Below are positions 43,619-53,470 of a DNA stretch of 64,000 bases, piece after piece. Position 1 is the stretch's first letter. Every line of letters starts with the position of its first letter. The notes beneath the pieces are model-generated. The model searched no databases. It was not told where the DNA came from and saw only the letters and a program-made list of their open reading frames with translations. This DNA comes from an uncultured Verrucomicrobiae bacterium (lineage in GTDB: Bacteria > Verrucomicrobiota > Verrucomicrobiia > Palsa-1439). The stretch is from contig CAWEWF010000005.1 in the NCBI GenBank assembly GCA_963812605.1, forward strand, positions 320,001 to 384,000, written 5' to 3'. The position numbers were made by a program, and so were the translations under genes.

Positions 43619-45232
43619 ATGAGACAGCGTAATCGAGGGGGTTTGGTCTGCGGTCTACTGATACTTCTTGCGTCGCGGCTCTCCGCCCGTGAAGTGCCGA
43701 TCACGATTCTTCATACCTGCGACCTTCACGGGAACGTGTTGCCCACGGAGAGCTACGAGGGGAAGACGAATGTGGGCGGCATCGCGCGCTGCGCCACGGT
43801 GATCCGCCAAATACGCGCCCAGGAGAAGAATGTCCTGCTCGTGGATGCCGGCGACACCATGCAGGGTACTCCGGTCAGTTTTCTCAGTGACGGGCAGGTG
43901 ATGGTGAAATGCCTGAACCAGTTGCACTACGATTCGTGGACATGGGGGAATCATGAGTTCGACTGGGGACTGGAAAAGCTGGCCGCCCGCGCCGAGCAGG
44001 CCGAGATCCCGATTGTGGTTGCCAATATGCGAGAAGCCGGCAACGGGAGCAATCCCGCTTCCCGACGGATCACCTCGCGGGTGAAGCCGTACATCATACG
44101 GGAAATCGACGGCGTGAAGGTGGGTATCATCGGGTTGGACACGCCCGACATTCCAAGCTGGAGCCGCCCGCGATTGATCGCCGGGTTGGAGTTCATGGAT
44201 TCGGTCGAGACATTGCGACGAATCATTCCCGAGGCGCGCGCGGCGGGGGCGCAGGTCCTGGTCCTGGTATGCCACCAAGGCTACCGGGAGGGAGGGGATG
44301 ACCATGCCAACCAGATTAATGCCATCGCGCGCAATTTCCCCGAGTTGGATGTGATCATCGGCGCCCACACGCACCGCAACTTTCCCGAATTCAAGGTTGG
44401 CAATGTCTTGTACAGCCAGGCCGACTATTATGGCATTTATCTTGGCCGGGTGGACCTGGTGTTTGACACGGAGAAGGGCCGCGTGGTCAAGCGCCAGTCC
44501 AGCACGCTGCTGATGGATGAACACATCCCGCTCGATGGCGAAATCCTCAAGCTCACGGGCGCGGAACTTGAGCGCGCCGAGAAACTGTCGAGCACCTATC
44601 TTGGCCGGGCCACGGACGATTTCTGGATTCGCGCTCTGCCACACAAGGAGACACCGATCCACGATCTTATCTTCAAGGCGGTTGCCCATGCGCTCGGCGA
44701 GCAAGGCGCCGAGGTGGACGTGATCGTGCATGGGATCAACGAACGCCGGCATGGATTGAAGAAGGGCTCGATCACCGTGGGGGATGTCTGGAAAATCGTG
44801 CCATACGAAAACACCGTGGGTATTGTGCAATTGACGCCGGCGGAACTGCGTGAGGTCCTGGATGAAGACGCGGAGACCTATAATAATCCAGCGTTTCGGG
44901 GGATCTGGGGATTGAAGTGGACGTTTGATCCGGAGGCGAAGTCGGGTGAGCGGACCACGGCCCTGGTACATGCCGATGGTTCTTCTTTGAACGAAACGAA
45001 AAGGCTCGCGGTGGCGTTCAACAGTTACGACCTGGCCAGCGGCGGGCAGCGGTGGAAGAAGTTACGGGAATTGGTGGATCGGCCCGAGGCGAAACTGGTT
45101 GAATACAACTTTCAAACGCGCGAAGCCGTCATCAACTACATTCGCAGCCGCGGCACGATTACACCAACCATCGGTGACTGGTGGGCGGCGAAACGCGGCT
45201 CCAAGCCGGAGCAGGCTTCCGAAACCAAGTAA
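43619..45232 (+). CDS. Secreted bifunctional metallophosphatase / 5'-nucleotidase
   Basis: ILHTCDLHG, DAGD..QG, GNHEFD, CHQG, GAHTH, PYEN C-terminal domain. Confidence 0.9.
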   Translation: MRQRNRGGLVCGLLILLASRLSAREVPITILHTCDLHGNVLPTESYEGKTNVGGIARCATVIRQIRAQEKNVLLVDAGDTMQGTPVSFLSDGQVMVKCLNQLHYDSWTWGNHEFDWGLEKLAARAEQAEIPIVVANMREAGNGSNPASRRITSRVKPYIIREIDGVKVGIIGLDTPDIPSWSRPRLIAGLEFMDSVETLRRIIPEARAAGAQVLVLVCHQGYREGGDDHANQINAIARNFPELDVIIGAHTHRNFPEFKVGNVLYSQADYYGIYLGRVDLVFDTEKGRVVKRQSSTLLMDEHIPLDGEILKLTGAELERAEKLSSTYLGRATDDFWIRALPHKETPIHDLIFKAVAHALGEQGAEVDVIVHGINERRHGLKKGSITVGDVWKIVPYENTVGIVQLTPAELREVLDEDAETYNNPAFRGIWGLKWTFDPEAKSGERTTALVHADGSSLNETKRLAVAFNSYDLASGGQRWKKLRELVDRPEAKLVEYNFQTREAVINYIRSRGTITPTIGDWWAAKRGSKPEQASETK

Positions 45233-45244
45233 GGTCCTGTCCGG

Positions 45245-46048
45245 CTATGGCCCGAGTTTCACGGCACCCGCTGCATCGGGAACGATCTGTCGCGTTCCAT
45301 TCTCCAGTTTGACCGGGCCGGTGATCGTGACGACACGGCCCGGTTGAAGTTCTGCGACAGACAAACCTGACAGCGCCTTCTCTCCAAGCACAACTGTAAT
45401 TTCGCCGGTGGCGTCCTGGACGCTGAGTCGCTGGGGTTTGTCAGCACTGTCCGAGGTGGCGATGGTGCCGGAAATGATCACGACGCGGTCAGCCCAATCC
45501 GCCTTGATCGCCCCGATGACTGTCGCGGCGGGCGACGCTGCCAGACCCGTCGACGACATCGGAGGGGGTGAAGCAAGGGTGGCCGTCGCGGGTGTTGCGG
45601 CGCCAGCGGCGTCACTAACGACGACGACCGAGGCCGCGTTGCGAAGAAGTAACTGGAGTTGATCGTGATAGATATTTACGGGGGCTGTCACACGGATGGT
45701 GTTTCCCACTTTCACTTTCCCTGCGAGTTGCGGCTGCATGTCCGACCAATACACGAGCGGGAGTGTCGCGCCGCCTTCCGTGAGGCTGACGATGTAAGGA
45801 GCGCGTCCGCTACTCGGCTCGGCCACGTTCGAGATGACGGCTTGGACGGTGACTACTTGGTTTGACAAGGACTTGCTGACGCTGCCGATGGGAGTGAGAG
45901 AAGCATCGTTCGCCAGCGTGATGGCGGGATTCGCCATATTCGTACAAAGAACCATGACAAAAAAGGACAACAGCCATCGCAAATGGAACTTCCCGCCGCG
46001 AGGAGTGCGTTTGTCCGTTGGAAAGTGGCTGGCAAATGTCAGTAGCAT
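45245..46048 (-). CDS. Exported protein with two OB-fold-like domains joined by an Ala/Pro/Thr linker (start uncertain)
   Basis: Two repeats of V.V/I.G/A.I...LSV.D..G.I.VV...G..V.ITGPV..Y/E.G..QI. Confidence 0.65.
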   Translation of the reverse strand: MLLTFASHFPTDKRTPRGGKFHLRWLLSFFVMVLCTNMANPAITLANDASLTPIGSVSKSLSNQVVTVQAVISNVAEPSSGRAPYIVSLTEGGATLPLVYWSDMQPQLAGKVKVGNTIRVTAPVNIYHDQLQLLLRNAASVVVVSDAAGAATPATATLASPPPMSSTGLAASPAATVIGAIKADWADRVVIISGTIATSDSADKPQRLSVQDATGEITVVLGEKALSGLSVAELQPGRVVTITGPVKLENGTRQIVPDAAGAVKLGP

Positions 46049-46163
46049 GTTTTTTCCTTTTTACGGGGCTTTAGGGCGTATCCGCCAATGACCGCCTTGA
46101 TTCTTCCAATGAAACGCGGGCGCGGCAAGAAAAAATCTTGACGAACCAAACGGAAACTCGCAA

Positions 46164-46179
46164 TGGCATATTAGTTGCT
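46164..46179 (+). promoter_or_regulatory. sigma54 promoter of pilC
   Basis: TGGCATATTAGTTGCT = GG-N10-GC, near consensus. Confidence 0.75.
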
Positions 46180-46230
46180 CGGTTCTGCGTAGGATTGTTG
46201 GCGATGGCATTTGGATACTGACAAGCGTTT

Positions 46231-47439
46231 ATGGCGAATTTTACCTATCAAGCGCGCGATACCTCGGGGAAACCGAAGGGTGGCGATATCGAAGCCGAGG
46301 ACCAGCAGGCGGCGTCGGTGCTGCTCATGGATCGCGGACTGATGGTCATTTCCATTCGGGCCACCCCCGGGCGCAAAGGCGGGCGCAAGCGCCGTCAAGG
46401 CAAGGTCAAGTCGCAGGACCTGGTGGTTTTCACGCGTCAATTGGCAACCATGATGGATGCCGGGTTGCCGCTTGTCCAGACATTGACAGCCCTGGAAGAA
46501 CAGACCGATAATCCGGTTTTCAAGCCCGTGTTGCGGCATGTCACCACGAAAGTGGAGCAGGGCCATTCGTTTTCCGAGGCGTTGGCCGAACATCCCAAGG
46601 TGTTTACCAAGCTCTACGTAAGCATGGTGGAAGCGGGGGAAACCGGCGGCTTGCTGGCGGAGATTCTGGATCGCCTGGCGAGCTATTTGGAGTCGACGGC
46701 CCGCTTGAAGAAGAAGGTCAAGTCGGCGATGTCGTATCCTGTGATCGTGTGTTTCATTGCGCTGTCGATCGCGCTGTTCCTGATCGTCAAGGTCATCCCG
46801 ATTTTTGCCGGTATCTATAAAGATTTCGGCGCGGCGTTGCCGGCCCCGACGCAGATCCTGATCGACATCAGCGACATTATTCGCTCGTACTTCCTGCTCG
46901 CCATCGGCGCGGTGGCCGGAGTGATCTTTGGCTTTGTGAAGTTCAAGCAAACCAAGCAGGGAATGGCAATTTGGGACCGTACCAAGTTGCGGATGCCCGT
47001 ATTTGGAAAACTGATCCACAAGATCGCGATTTCACGCTTCGCGCGCACGTTCGCGGCGCTGTTGCGGAGTGGCGTGCCGATTTTGGAAACCCTGCGCATT
47101 GTGGGGCAATCGGCGGGAAATACCGTCGTGGAAAGGGCCGCCGAAAAGATCGCCAACAGTATTGAGCGCGGCGACAATCTCGCGGTGGCGCTGGGACAAC
47201 ATCCGATTTTCCCACCCATGCTGGTCCGGATGGTTTCGGCCGGTGAACAAACGGGCAAAGTGGACGTGATGCTCGAGAAGATTTCCGATTTCTATGATGA
47301 AGAAATTGAGGCGACACTGTCGGGGCTGACGTCGCTGATCGAACCCTTGTTGATCGTATTTCTCGGCGTGGTGGTCGGCAGTATCGTGATATGCATGTTT
47401 CTGCCGATCTTCAAACTGAATCAAATCGTGCAATTCTAA
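46231..47439 (+). CDS. pilC: Type IV pilus / T2SS platform protein (PilC/GspF)
   Basis: FTRQLATMMDAGLP, AGETGG.L, SAMSYP, GEQTG, EPLLIV...LPIF. Confidence 0.95.
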   Translation: MANFTYQARDTSGKPKGGDIEAEDQQAASVLLMDRGLMVISIRATPGRKGGRKRRQGKVKSQDLVVFTRQLATMMDAGLPLVQTLTALEEQTDNPVFKPVLRHVTTKVEQGHSFSEALAEHPKVFTKLYVSMVEAGETGGLLAEILDRLASYLESTARLKKKVKSAMSYPVIVCFIALSIALFLIVKVIPIFAGIYKDFGAALPAPTQILIDISDIIRSYFLLAIGAVAGVIFGFVKFKQTKQGMAIWDRTKLRMPVFGKLIHKIAISRFARTFAALLRSGVPILETLRIVGQSAGNTVVERAAEKIANSIERGDNLAVALGQHPIFPPMLVRMVSAGEQTGKVDVMLEKISDFYDEEIEATLSGLTSLIEPLLIVFLGVVVGSIVICMFLPIFKLNQIVQF

Positions 47440-47520
47440 AAGCGGCGCCGCCTGGCAGCGGGCTGGCGCCGGTGAAGTAAAACCAGGGGGCTGCCAGGAG
47501 TGAGCGCAGAGGAGGATTTC

Positions 47521-49047
47521 ATGGCGAAAATAATTATAGTTGATGACGATCCCGCGATGGTGTCCGTGCTATCGGAGGTGTTGCGGGAGCATCGGCATGA
47601 AGTGATTCCGGCGAGCAGCCCGGAGCGCGCACTTCAACTCGTGAAGGACAGCGCTCCCGATCTTGTCTTGTCCGACATCGAGATGCCGGAAGGCAAGCCC
47701 ATGGGCCTGAAGTTGTTGCAGCAGGTCAAGGAGTACAATCGTTCCATCCCCGTAGTGATGATTACCGGGCAGGGGACCAAGGAGCGCGCCGTACAAGCGC
47801 TTCGCGCTGGCGCGCAGGATTTTGTCGAGAAACCTTTCCAGATCGATGAGCTGGTCAAGCGCATCGACAACGCGCTCCTCCAGCAGAAAGCCGTGCATGC
47901 GCTCGAGGAAAACGTCGAACTCCGCCGTCAACTCCAGGATAAATTCCGTTTCGATTCGATGATTGGCTCGAGTCCCCGGATGGAGGCGGTCTATCGGCTT
48001 ATCGAGCGCGTAGCCAACACCGAGTCCACCGTGCTGATCCTTGGCGAAAGCGGAACCGGCAAGGAACTCGTGGCCCGGGCGTTGCATTACAACAGCCGTC
48101 GCGCCGCGATGCCCTTTGTCGCGGTGAATTGCAGCGCGCTCCCCGAGCACCTGCTCGAGTCCGAACTCTTCGGTCATCGCAAAGGCGCGTTTACCGGCGC
48201 AGCCTTCGACAAGATGGGGCTTTTCCAGCACGCCGATGGCGGGTCGATCCTGCTCGACGAAATCGGCTCGATGGCGCCGAGTTTGCAGAGCAAACTCTTG
48301 CGCTTTCTTCAGGACCGGGAACTTCGCCGCGTCGGTGACACCGACACGATCAAGGTCGATGTCCGCGTGCTGGCGGCGACCAATGAACCGCTGCAGCAAA
48401 AGATGCTGGACAAGACGTTCCGTGAAGACCTGTTTTACCGGATCAGTGTCATCCCAGTGCAACTGCCGGCCCTGCGCGAGCGGGTCGAGGACATTCCGCT
48501 GTTGGTGAACCATTTCGTGCAACAATGCGCGGAGCGACAGGGCACGCCGCCCCCGCGCGTCTCCGACGAGATGATGAGCGTGATGAAAGCGTACCGCTGG
48601 CCCGGTAACGTGCGCGAACTGCAGAATGCGATCGAGCGGGCCTTCGCGCTTTGCGACAATGGTGTGTTCCTGTTGAAAGATTTGCCCGAGCGCGTCCTGG
48701 AAGCCGTCGCGGGTGTCAATGGGGCGTCGTCGACTGCTCTTTCAAGATTGTCCGCGTCAACGTCCGGCACCGGACCGAATACGCCGGAGGCCGCCATCGA
48801 CGCAACGTTGGCCGAAATGGCCGCGGGCGCTGCCCAATGGAGCCGCGGCCTGCCGCCGATGCAACTCAAGGAATTCCTGCACGGGCAGGAAGTCAACTAC
48901 ATCGAGCAAGTCATCCAGTCCGTTGGCGGCGACAAGGAGAAAGCCGCGCAAATGCTCGGTATCAGCATGGCCACGCTCTATCGCAAACTCGCGCCGAGTT
49001 CCGAAGAAATGCCCTCCGTGGTTGAGAAGTCTCTGCCGCAGGCGTAA
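47521..49047 (+). CDS. sigma54-dependent response regulator (NtrC/PilR-like)
   Basis: Receiver (VDDD, SDIEMP), [29 protein letters not shown], Fis-type HTH TLYRKL. Confidence 0.93.
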   Translation: MAKIIIVDDDPAMVSVLSEVLREHRHEVIPASSPERALQLVKDSAPDLVLSDIEMPEGKPMGLKLLQQVKEYNRSIPVVMITGQGTKERAVQALRAGAQDFVEKPFQIDELVKRIDNALLQQKAVHALEENVELRRQLQDKFRFDSMIGSSPRMEAVYRLIERVANTESTVLILGESGTGKELVARALHYNSRRAAMPFVAVNCSALPEHLLESELFGHRKGAFTGAAFDKMGLFQHADGGSILLDEIGSMAPSLQSKLLRFLQDRELRRVGDTDTIKVDVRVLAATNEPLQQKMLDKTFREDLFYRISVIPVQLPALRERVEDIPLLVNHFVQQCAERQGTPPPRVSDEMMSVMKAYRWPGNVRELQNAIERAFALCDNGVFLLKDLPERVLEAVAGVNGASSTALSRLSASTSGTGPNTPEAAIDATLAEMAAGAAQWSRGLPPMQLKEFLHGQEVNYIEQVIQSVGGDKEKAAQMLGISMATLYRKLAPSSEEMPSVVEKSLPQA

Positions 49048-49261
49048 CGGCAGCGCCGAACCAGGTGATGAAGTCGCAGCCGGCCCTGCGCCATTCGATG
49101 GACAGAGATGTCCAGTCTACCGCGCAATTGTGTTCATCAACGCGCCTTCTCCTGCTGGAGCAGCTTGCAAAACTGCAAGAATTCTCAATTCCTCGCGTGG
49201 CAGGGTGGCAAAAACTCAGAAATGACTGGTCGATTTGGGGGATCGTGCGGGCCATGGGCAC

Positions 49262-49277
49262 TGGCATTCTGCGTGCT
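49262..49277 (+). promoter_or_regulatory. sigma54 promoter of the major pilin gene
   Basis: TGGCATTCTGCGTGCT = GG-N10-GC. Confidence 0.7.
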
Positions 49278-49328
49278 TAACATGCTGCCGTGGAAGCTAG
49301 GAAATCCCATAAGAGGGAGGTGAATCAG

Positions 49329-49715
49329 ATGATTAAGATTAACAAGATCCGCAAGAACCGTTCGGCGTTCACCCTGGTAGAAATCATGATCGTGGTTGCC
49401 ATCATTGGGTTGCTCGCCGCTCTCGCGATCCCGGGTTTCGTCAAAGCCCGCAAACAGTCCCAGGGCCGCCGTATTCTCAATGACGCGCGTCAGATGGATG
49501 CCGCCATTGACCAGTGGGCTCTGGAGACAGGCCAGACGGATGGTAATACCATCAATACGACCTCCGCATCGACGTACTTGAAGACGGCGTGGAGAGTGAC
49601 CGACTTGCTCGGTAATACCTACAACCTTACCTTGGTGGGTTCTACCCAGATGTCGGTCAGTTCCGCGACCAAGAGTTCGTTGGCCGGTGTTGGTATCGAC
49701 TGGGGCGCCTACTAA
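49329..49715 (+). CDS. Type IV pilin, probable major pilin
   Basis: GGAGG RBS; basic leader NRSA|[22 protein letters not shown]. Confidence 0.92.
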   Translation: MIKINKIRKNRSAFTLVEIMIVVAIIGLLAALAIPGFVKARKQSQGRRILNDARQMDAAIDQWALETGQTDGNTINTTSASTYLKTAWRVTDLLGNTYNLTLVGSTQMSVSSATKSSLAGVGIDWGAY

Positions 49716-49757
49716 GGGCGAGCCCGGTGCAAGCGTGCAAACGCTTTTTGAACACGA

Positions 49758-49788
49758 TAGAGGCAGGAGGGCAGCCCTCCTGCCTCTA
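49758..49788. terminator. Perfect 14-bp hairpin between the two pilin genes (terminator or mRNA stabiliser)
   Basis: TAGAGGCAGGAGGG-CAG-CCCTCCTGCCTCTA; no U-tract on the plus strand. Confidence 0.6.
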
Positions 49789-49848
49789 CCGCAAAGAAGA
49801 GGTGGCGTTAAGCAGGAAAAGTCATACCGCGGAAGGGAGGTGAGTGTG

Positions 49849-50232
49849 ATGCGAAGACAATCGCTTTGTGGGCAGCAGGCGTTCACGCTCGTGGAGATCA
49901 TGATCGTGGTGGCCATCATTGGGCTGCTTGCGGCGCTGGCGATTCCCAGTTTCATCAAAGATCGTAAACAATCGCAAGGTCGCCGCATCGTCAATGACGT
50001 CCGTCAGATCGACGCCGCCATTAACGCCTGGGCTGTTGAAGTCAACGCCGCCGACGGTACCCCCGTGGATCTCACAGCCGCCGCCCAGTACATGGAGTCA
50101 GCCAGCATCAGCACCACCGACCTGCTCGGCAACGCGTACCTAATCGGCCCGGTTGGTGATACGCAGATGGCAATTTCGGCCGTGACAAAATCGGCTTTAT
50201 CAGGGGTGGCAATCGATTGGGGCGCCTATTGA
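49849..50232 (+). CDS. Type IV pilin, paralog of the preceding gene
   Basis: QQA|[22 protein letters not shown]; shares [15 protein letters not shown] and IDWGAY. Confidence 0.92.
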   Translation: MRRQSLCGQQAFTLVEIMIVVAIIGLLAALAIPSFIKDRKQSQGRRIVNDVRQIDAAINAWAVEVNAADGTPVDLTAAAQYMESASISTTDLLGNAYLIGPVGDTQMAISAVTKSALSGVAIDWGAY

Positions 50233-50331
50233 TAAGTGGTTCCGGAGGAGACGGATCCGCGCGCGGAACTTTCGACCCGGCTTCGTAATCCCAGAAGTAC
50301 TTTGCCCACGGATGAAACCTCCGCCGGGTGA

Positions 50332-50347
50332 TGGCACATGAGGTGCT
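50332..50347 (+). promoter_or_regulatory. sigma54 promoter of pilM
   Basis: TGGCACATGAGGTGCT = GG-N10-GC. Confidence 0.7.
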
Positions 50348-50372
50348 AGTTTATTGGATTTGGCAAACACAT

Positions 50373-51533
50373 ATGCTCTTTCGACGCAACAAACAACATA
50401 AACGCGACGTGGCCCTGGGTATCGACCTGGGCGCGAGCCAGATCAAGGCTGCCGTTATCCGACGCCAGAAGGAGAAGCTGGAATTGGTCGAGTACGCCGT
50501 TCGTCCGCTTCCCGCGGGCGTGGCCAAGGCGTACAAGGGTCCGGAATTCGCCGCAGAACTGCAGCAGCTTGTCGACGGCCTTAAAACTTCGGAACGCCAC
50601 GCCTTCGTGACGATCAGTTGCAGTTCGGCGATGGTGTGCCAGGCCGAGTTCCCGCCGGCGCCGCTCGCCGAAATCAAGACCGCCCTGAAACTCAACAGCT
50701 CCGGCTACCTCCGCCGTGATTTCTCGGCGTATTACCTCGATGCGTTCGAGTTGCAGAAGGGTGTCGAGGAACCCAAGGGAAAGGCCAAGGCCAAAGACAA
50801 GAATTCAGATCCGGCCAAGGATGCTGCCAAGGCGAACGGCGCCGCGAACGCCAAGGACCCGGCCAAGTCCAAAGATGCGGCGAAGACGAAGGACGCAGCC
50901 AAAACGAGCGTCCTCGTTGGCGGCGCGAGCAAGGAAGAGGTGGATGCCTGCCGTGAAGCGCTGATGGTCGCCAAGATCAAGCCCGAAGTGATCGAGCTGG
51001 CGGCGATCTCCGTCATCAACGCGTTTCAAGTGGGCCACGCCCACGGCAAGAACGAAGTCGTGGTGCTGATCGATATTGGCGCGCGCATGACCAGCATCAA
51101 CTTCCTGCTCGACGGCATGCCCCTGATCACACGCATCATGCATTTCGGCGGCGCCCAACTAAGCGACTACATCAGCCAGATCCTCGTGCTCAAGCCGGCT
51201 GAGGCCGAGGAAGAGAAACGAAAAATGTCCGGGCCAATCCAGGAGTTGGTGAAGACGGCCATCTCCCCGCTGGCCCGGGAAATTCGGTCTTCCATCGATT
51301 TCTTCGAACGGCAGAACGACCTCCACGTCAGCCAAATCTATGCGTGCGGAGGGTCCGCTTCTTCGCCGCAGGTCCTCACCATCCTCGGCGAGGCTGTGGG
51401 GACGCATGTCGAATGTTGGAACCTGATCGAAAGCCTCAACGTCAGCCACTTCAATGGCGAGACGCAACGCGTGCTCGCCCTGGGACCGTCCCTTGCCGCC
51501 GTTGTGGGCGCGGTCATTCCCCGACTCTCATGA
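50373..51533 (+). CDS. pilM: Type IV pilus assembly protein PilM (actin-like)
   Basis: LGIDLGASQIK, IDIGA, FGG..L, EIRSSIDFF, CGGSA. Confidence 0.88.
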   Translation: MLFRRNKQHKRDVALGIDLGASQIKAAVIRRQKEKLELVEYAVRPLPAGVAKAYKGPEFAAELQQLVDGLKTSERHAFVTISCSSAMVCQAEFPPAPLAEIKTALKLNSSGYLRRDFSAYYLDAFELQKGVEEPKGKAKAKDKNSDPAKDAAKANGAANAKDPAKSKDAAKTKDAAKTSVLVGGASKEEVDACREALMVAKIKPEVIELAAISVINAFQVGHAHGKNEVVVLIDIGARMTSINFLLDGMPLITRIMHFGGAQLSDYISQILVLKPAEAEEEKRKMSGPIQELVKTAISPLAREIRSSIDFFERQNDLHVSQIYACGGSASSPQVLTILGEAVGTHVECWNLIESLNVSHFNGETQRVLALGPSLAAVVGAVIPRLS

Positions 51534-51549
51534 ACAGGGATTTGCGACA

Positions 51550-52218
51550 ATGACAGCCATCACCCTTAATCTCCTGGCCGAAGAACAGCAGGCCCAGGTC
51601 GAGCGCGCCCGTGATCCGATCAAACTCTTTATCGCCGTCGGGCTGGGGGTGTTGACAGCGGCCGTCGCCTGGGGCGGCGCCTTGTCGGCAATCCTCTCGG
51701 AACGGCAGGTGGAGTTGCAGGGATTGGAGGCGCAGTGGAAAAAGATGAACGACGTTGGCCAGGGAGAAAGTGACTATCAGAAGGACAGCGACTACGCCGC
51801 GGGAATCGTCGCCATGAACCATTCGCGGACGGTGATGGCGCCACAGTTGGCAATGGTCAAGGACATCATTCCTTCCTCGGTTAAGCTGACCCATATTAAT
51901 TTTGCGCTGGCCACCGAAACAACGGGCGGCGATAGCGGCGGCGAGGAAGGCGCGGAGGGCAAGCATCCCGCGCGTCCAAAGCAATCCCGGCATCTGGCAT
52001 TGGAGTTGGATGGCGTGGCGTACGACGCCCATCCGGAATTGGAAGTGGACCGGTTTCTCAAGTCGCTGCGCAATGACACTCGCTTCGGCCCACTGGTGGA
52101 GGACATCCAGTTGCGTTCGATTGCGCGGACGACCGGCGAGGCCGACAAGTCCAGCGGCGCGCTACCCGCGGTGACCTTCGTCATCGAGTGTTCGTACAAG
52201 GAACAGGTGAAGAAATGA
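51550..52218 (+). CDS. pilN: PilN-like alignment protein
   Basis: N-terminal LNLL motif, TM helix, coiled coil, ferredoxin-like C-terminus; follows pilM. Confidence 0.75.
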   Translation: MTAITLNLLAEEQQAQVERARDPIKLFIAVGLGVLTAAVAWGGALSAILSERQVELQGLEAQWKKMNDVGQGESDYQKDSDYAAGIVAMNHSRTVMAPQLAMVKDIIPSSVKLTHINFALATETTGGDSGGEEGAEGKHPARPKQSRHLALELDGVAYDAHPELEVDRFLKSLRNDTRFGPLVEDIQLRSIARTTGEADKSSGALPAVTFVIECSYKEQVKK

Positions 52219-52814
52219 CGCGTGGCTATTGGCGAAAGCTGCCGAAAGACAAGCTGCAAAAGATCGTGTTGATCTGTATGACGACACTGATCGCGCTGGT
52301 GGCCACGGTCGAATGCTATGCGCTCAAGAATTGGAGCGCGCTCAACGAAACGAAGAACCAGATCGCAAAACTCAATGATCAGATTCGCCAGGGCGAACGC
52401 AAAACCCGCCAGGCGACCCAGGATGTGGCCCGCCGCGCGGAAGTAAAAGCATTCGTCGAGACCCAGCGCGCGGCCATGATCAGCGGCGACCCGTTCGCCT
52501 GGGTCGTCCGCGAGCTCAGTCTGTTGGCGGAGCAGGAGCCGGTGCACATGGGCGGCTTGCACCCCGCCGGCAAGGTTGAAATAAAATCAGGAGTGGCGTC
52601 CTATTCCACACGAATTGAGTTCTCCGGCACGTACGACCAGATCGGCGCCTACGTCCGCGATCTGGAGAACAGATTCCCGACCAGTGAAATACAATCCGTC
52701 ACCGTGGCCGGCAGTTCCGATGACAAGGGCCGCCACGAAGCCGCGTTGGAGATTGCGCTGCGGGTGCAGCCGACACATGCCAGCGAGAAATTGGAGGCGA
52801 AAAAAGCATCATGA
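52215..52814 (+). CDS. pilO: PilO-like alignment protein
   Basis: TM helix + coiled coil; FSGTYDQIGAYV..LEN matches the PilO GxY..F..E pattern. Confidence 0.75.
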   Translation: MTRGYWRKLPKDKLQKIVLICMTTLIALVATVECYALKNWSALNETKNQIAKLNDQIRQGERKTRQATQDVARRAEVKAFVETQRAAMISGDPFAWVVRELSLLAEQEPVHMGGLHPAGKVEIKSGVASYSTRIEFSGTYDQIGAYVRDLENRFPTSEIQSVTVAGSSDDKGRHEAALEIALRVQPTHASEKLEAKKAS

Positions 52815-53422
52815 AATCACCGGCTCAGCCAGCGATCTGGTCACAACGTGCCTGGTCCAAGGACGGCGTCTCGGTTGGTGAGTGTCGCGAGGCCGCGAAA
52901 GCCGCCGCGGCGGCCGAAATGGAAAACGAGGCGATGGTTTACCGGCAGACGGCCAGCGGCAGTCTCACCACGCCCCTGCGGATCGTCGGGATCCTCGCAT
53001 TTTGCCAGGCGCTCGCTTTTGTTGTGCTGTTCCTTTTCCTCTGCGCCCGAGCAGGCGCGGCGACCGAGGCGAAACCGACCTCCAGTCTCGAATTGAATCC
53101 GTCCGTCTATCTACCGCAAAACGCGCGGGATCCATTTGGATCAGAAGTTCCGAAAGCCACAGACGGGACAGCGGTCACGTCCCGACTCGCGGGACCCGAC
53201 ATGTTGAAACTCCAGGGGATTGTGTATGACAAAATCAATCCGTCCGCGCTGGTCAATGACCAACTCGTGGAATTGAACAAGACGGCCAAGGTGCAGACCG
53301 CACAAGGCGAAGTGGAAATCAAGGCGCTGGAGATTACCCGTGATCTGGTGTTGTTGGACGTGGGGGGCCAAAAGATCGAGTTGCGTCTCGGTGGGAATGA
53401 GCGCAAGCCGACGGACAAATGA
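52811..53422 (+). CDS. PilP/GspC-like protein (start uncertain)
   Basis: RDPF and LKLQGIVY...ALVN motifs; lies between pilO and the secretin. Confidence 0.65.
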   Translation: MKSPAQPAIWSQRAWSKDGVSVGECREAAKAAAAAEMENEAMVYRQTASGSLTTPLRIVGILAFCQALAFVVLFLFLCARAGAATEAKPTSSLELNPSVYLPQNARDPFGSEVPKATDGTAVTSRLAGPDMLKLQGIVYDKINPSALVNDQLVELNKTAKVQTAQGEVEIKALEITRDLVLLDVGGQKIELRLGGNERKPTDK

Positions 53423-53436
53423 GTGGACAAGTCTAC

Positions 53437-53452
53437 TGGCCCAGATGCTGCT
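53437..53452 (+). promoter_or_regulatory. Probable internal sigma54 promoter of the secretin gene
   Basis: TGGCCCAGATGCTGCT = GG-N10-GC in the intergenic gap, before the GGAGG RBS. Confidence 0.55.
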
Positions 53453-53470
53453 CATGATAAGGAGGATAAC

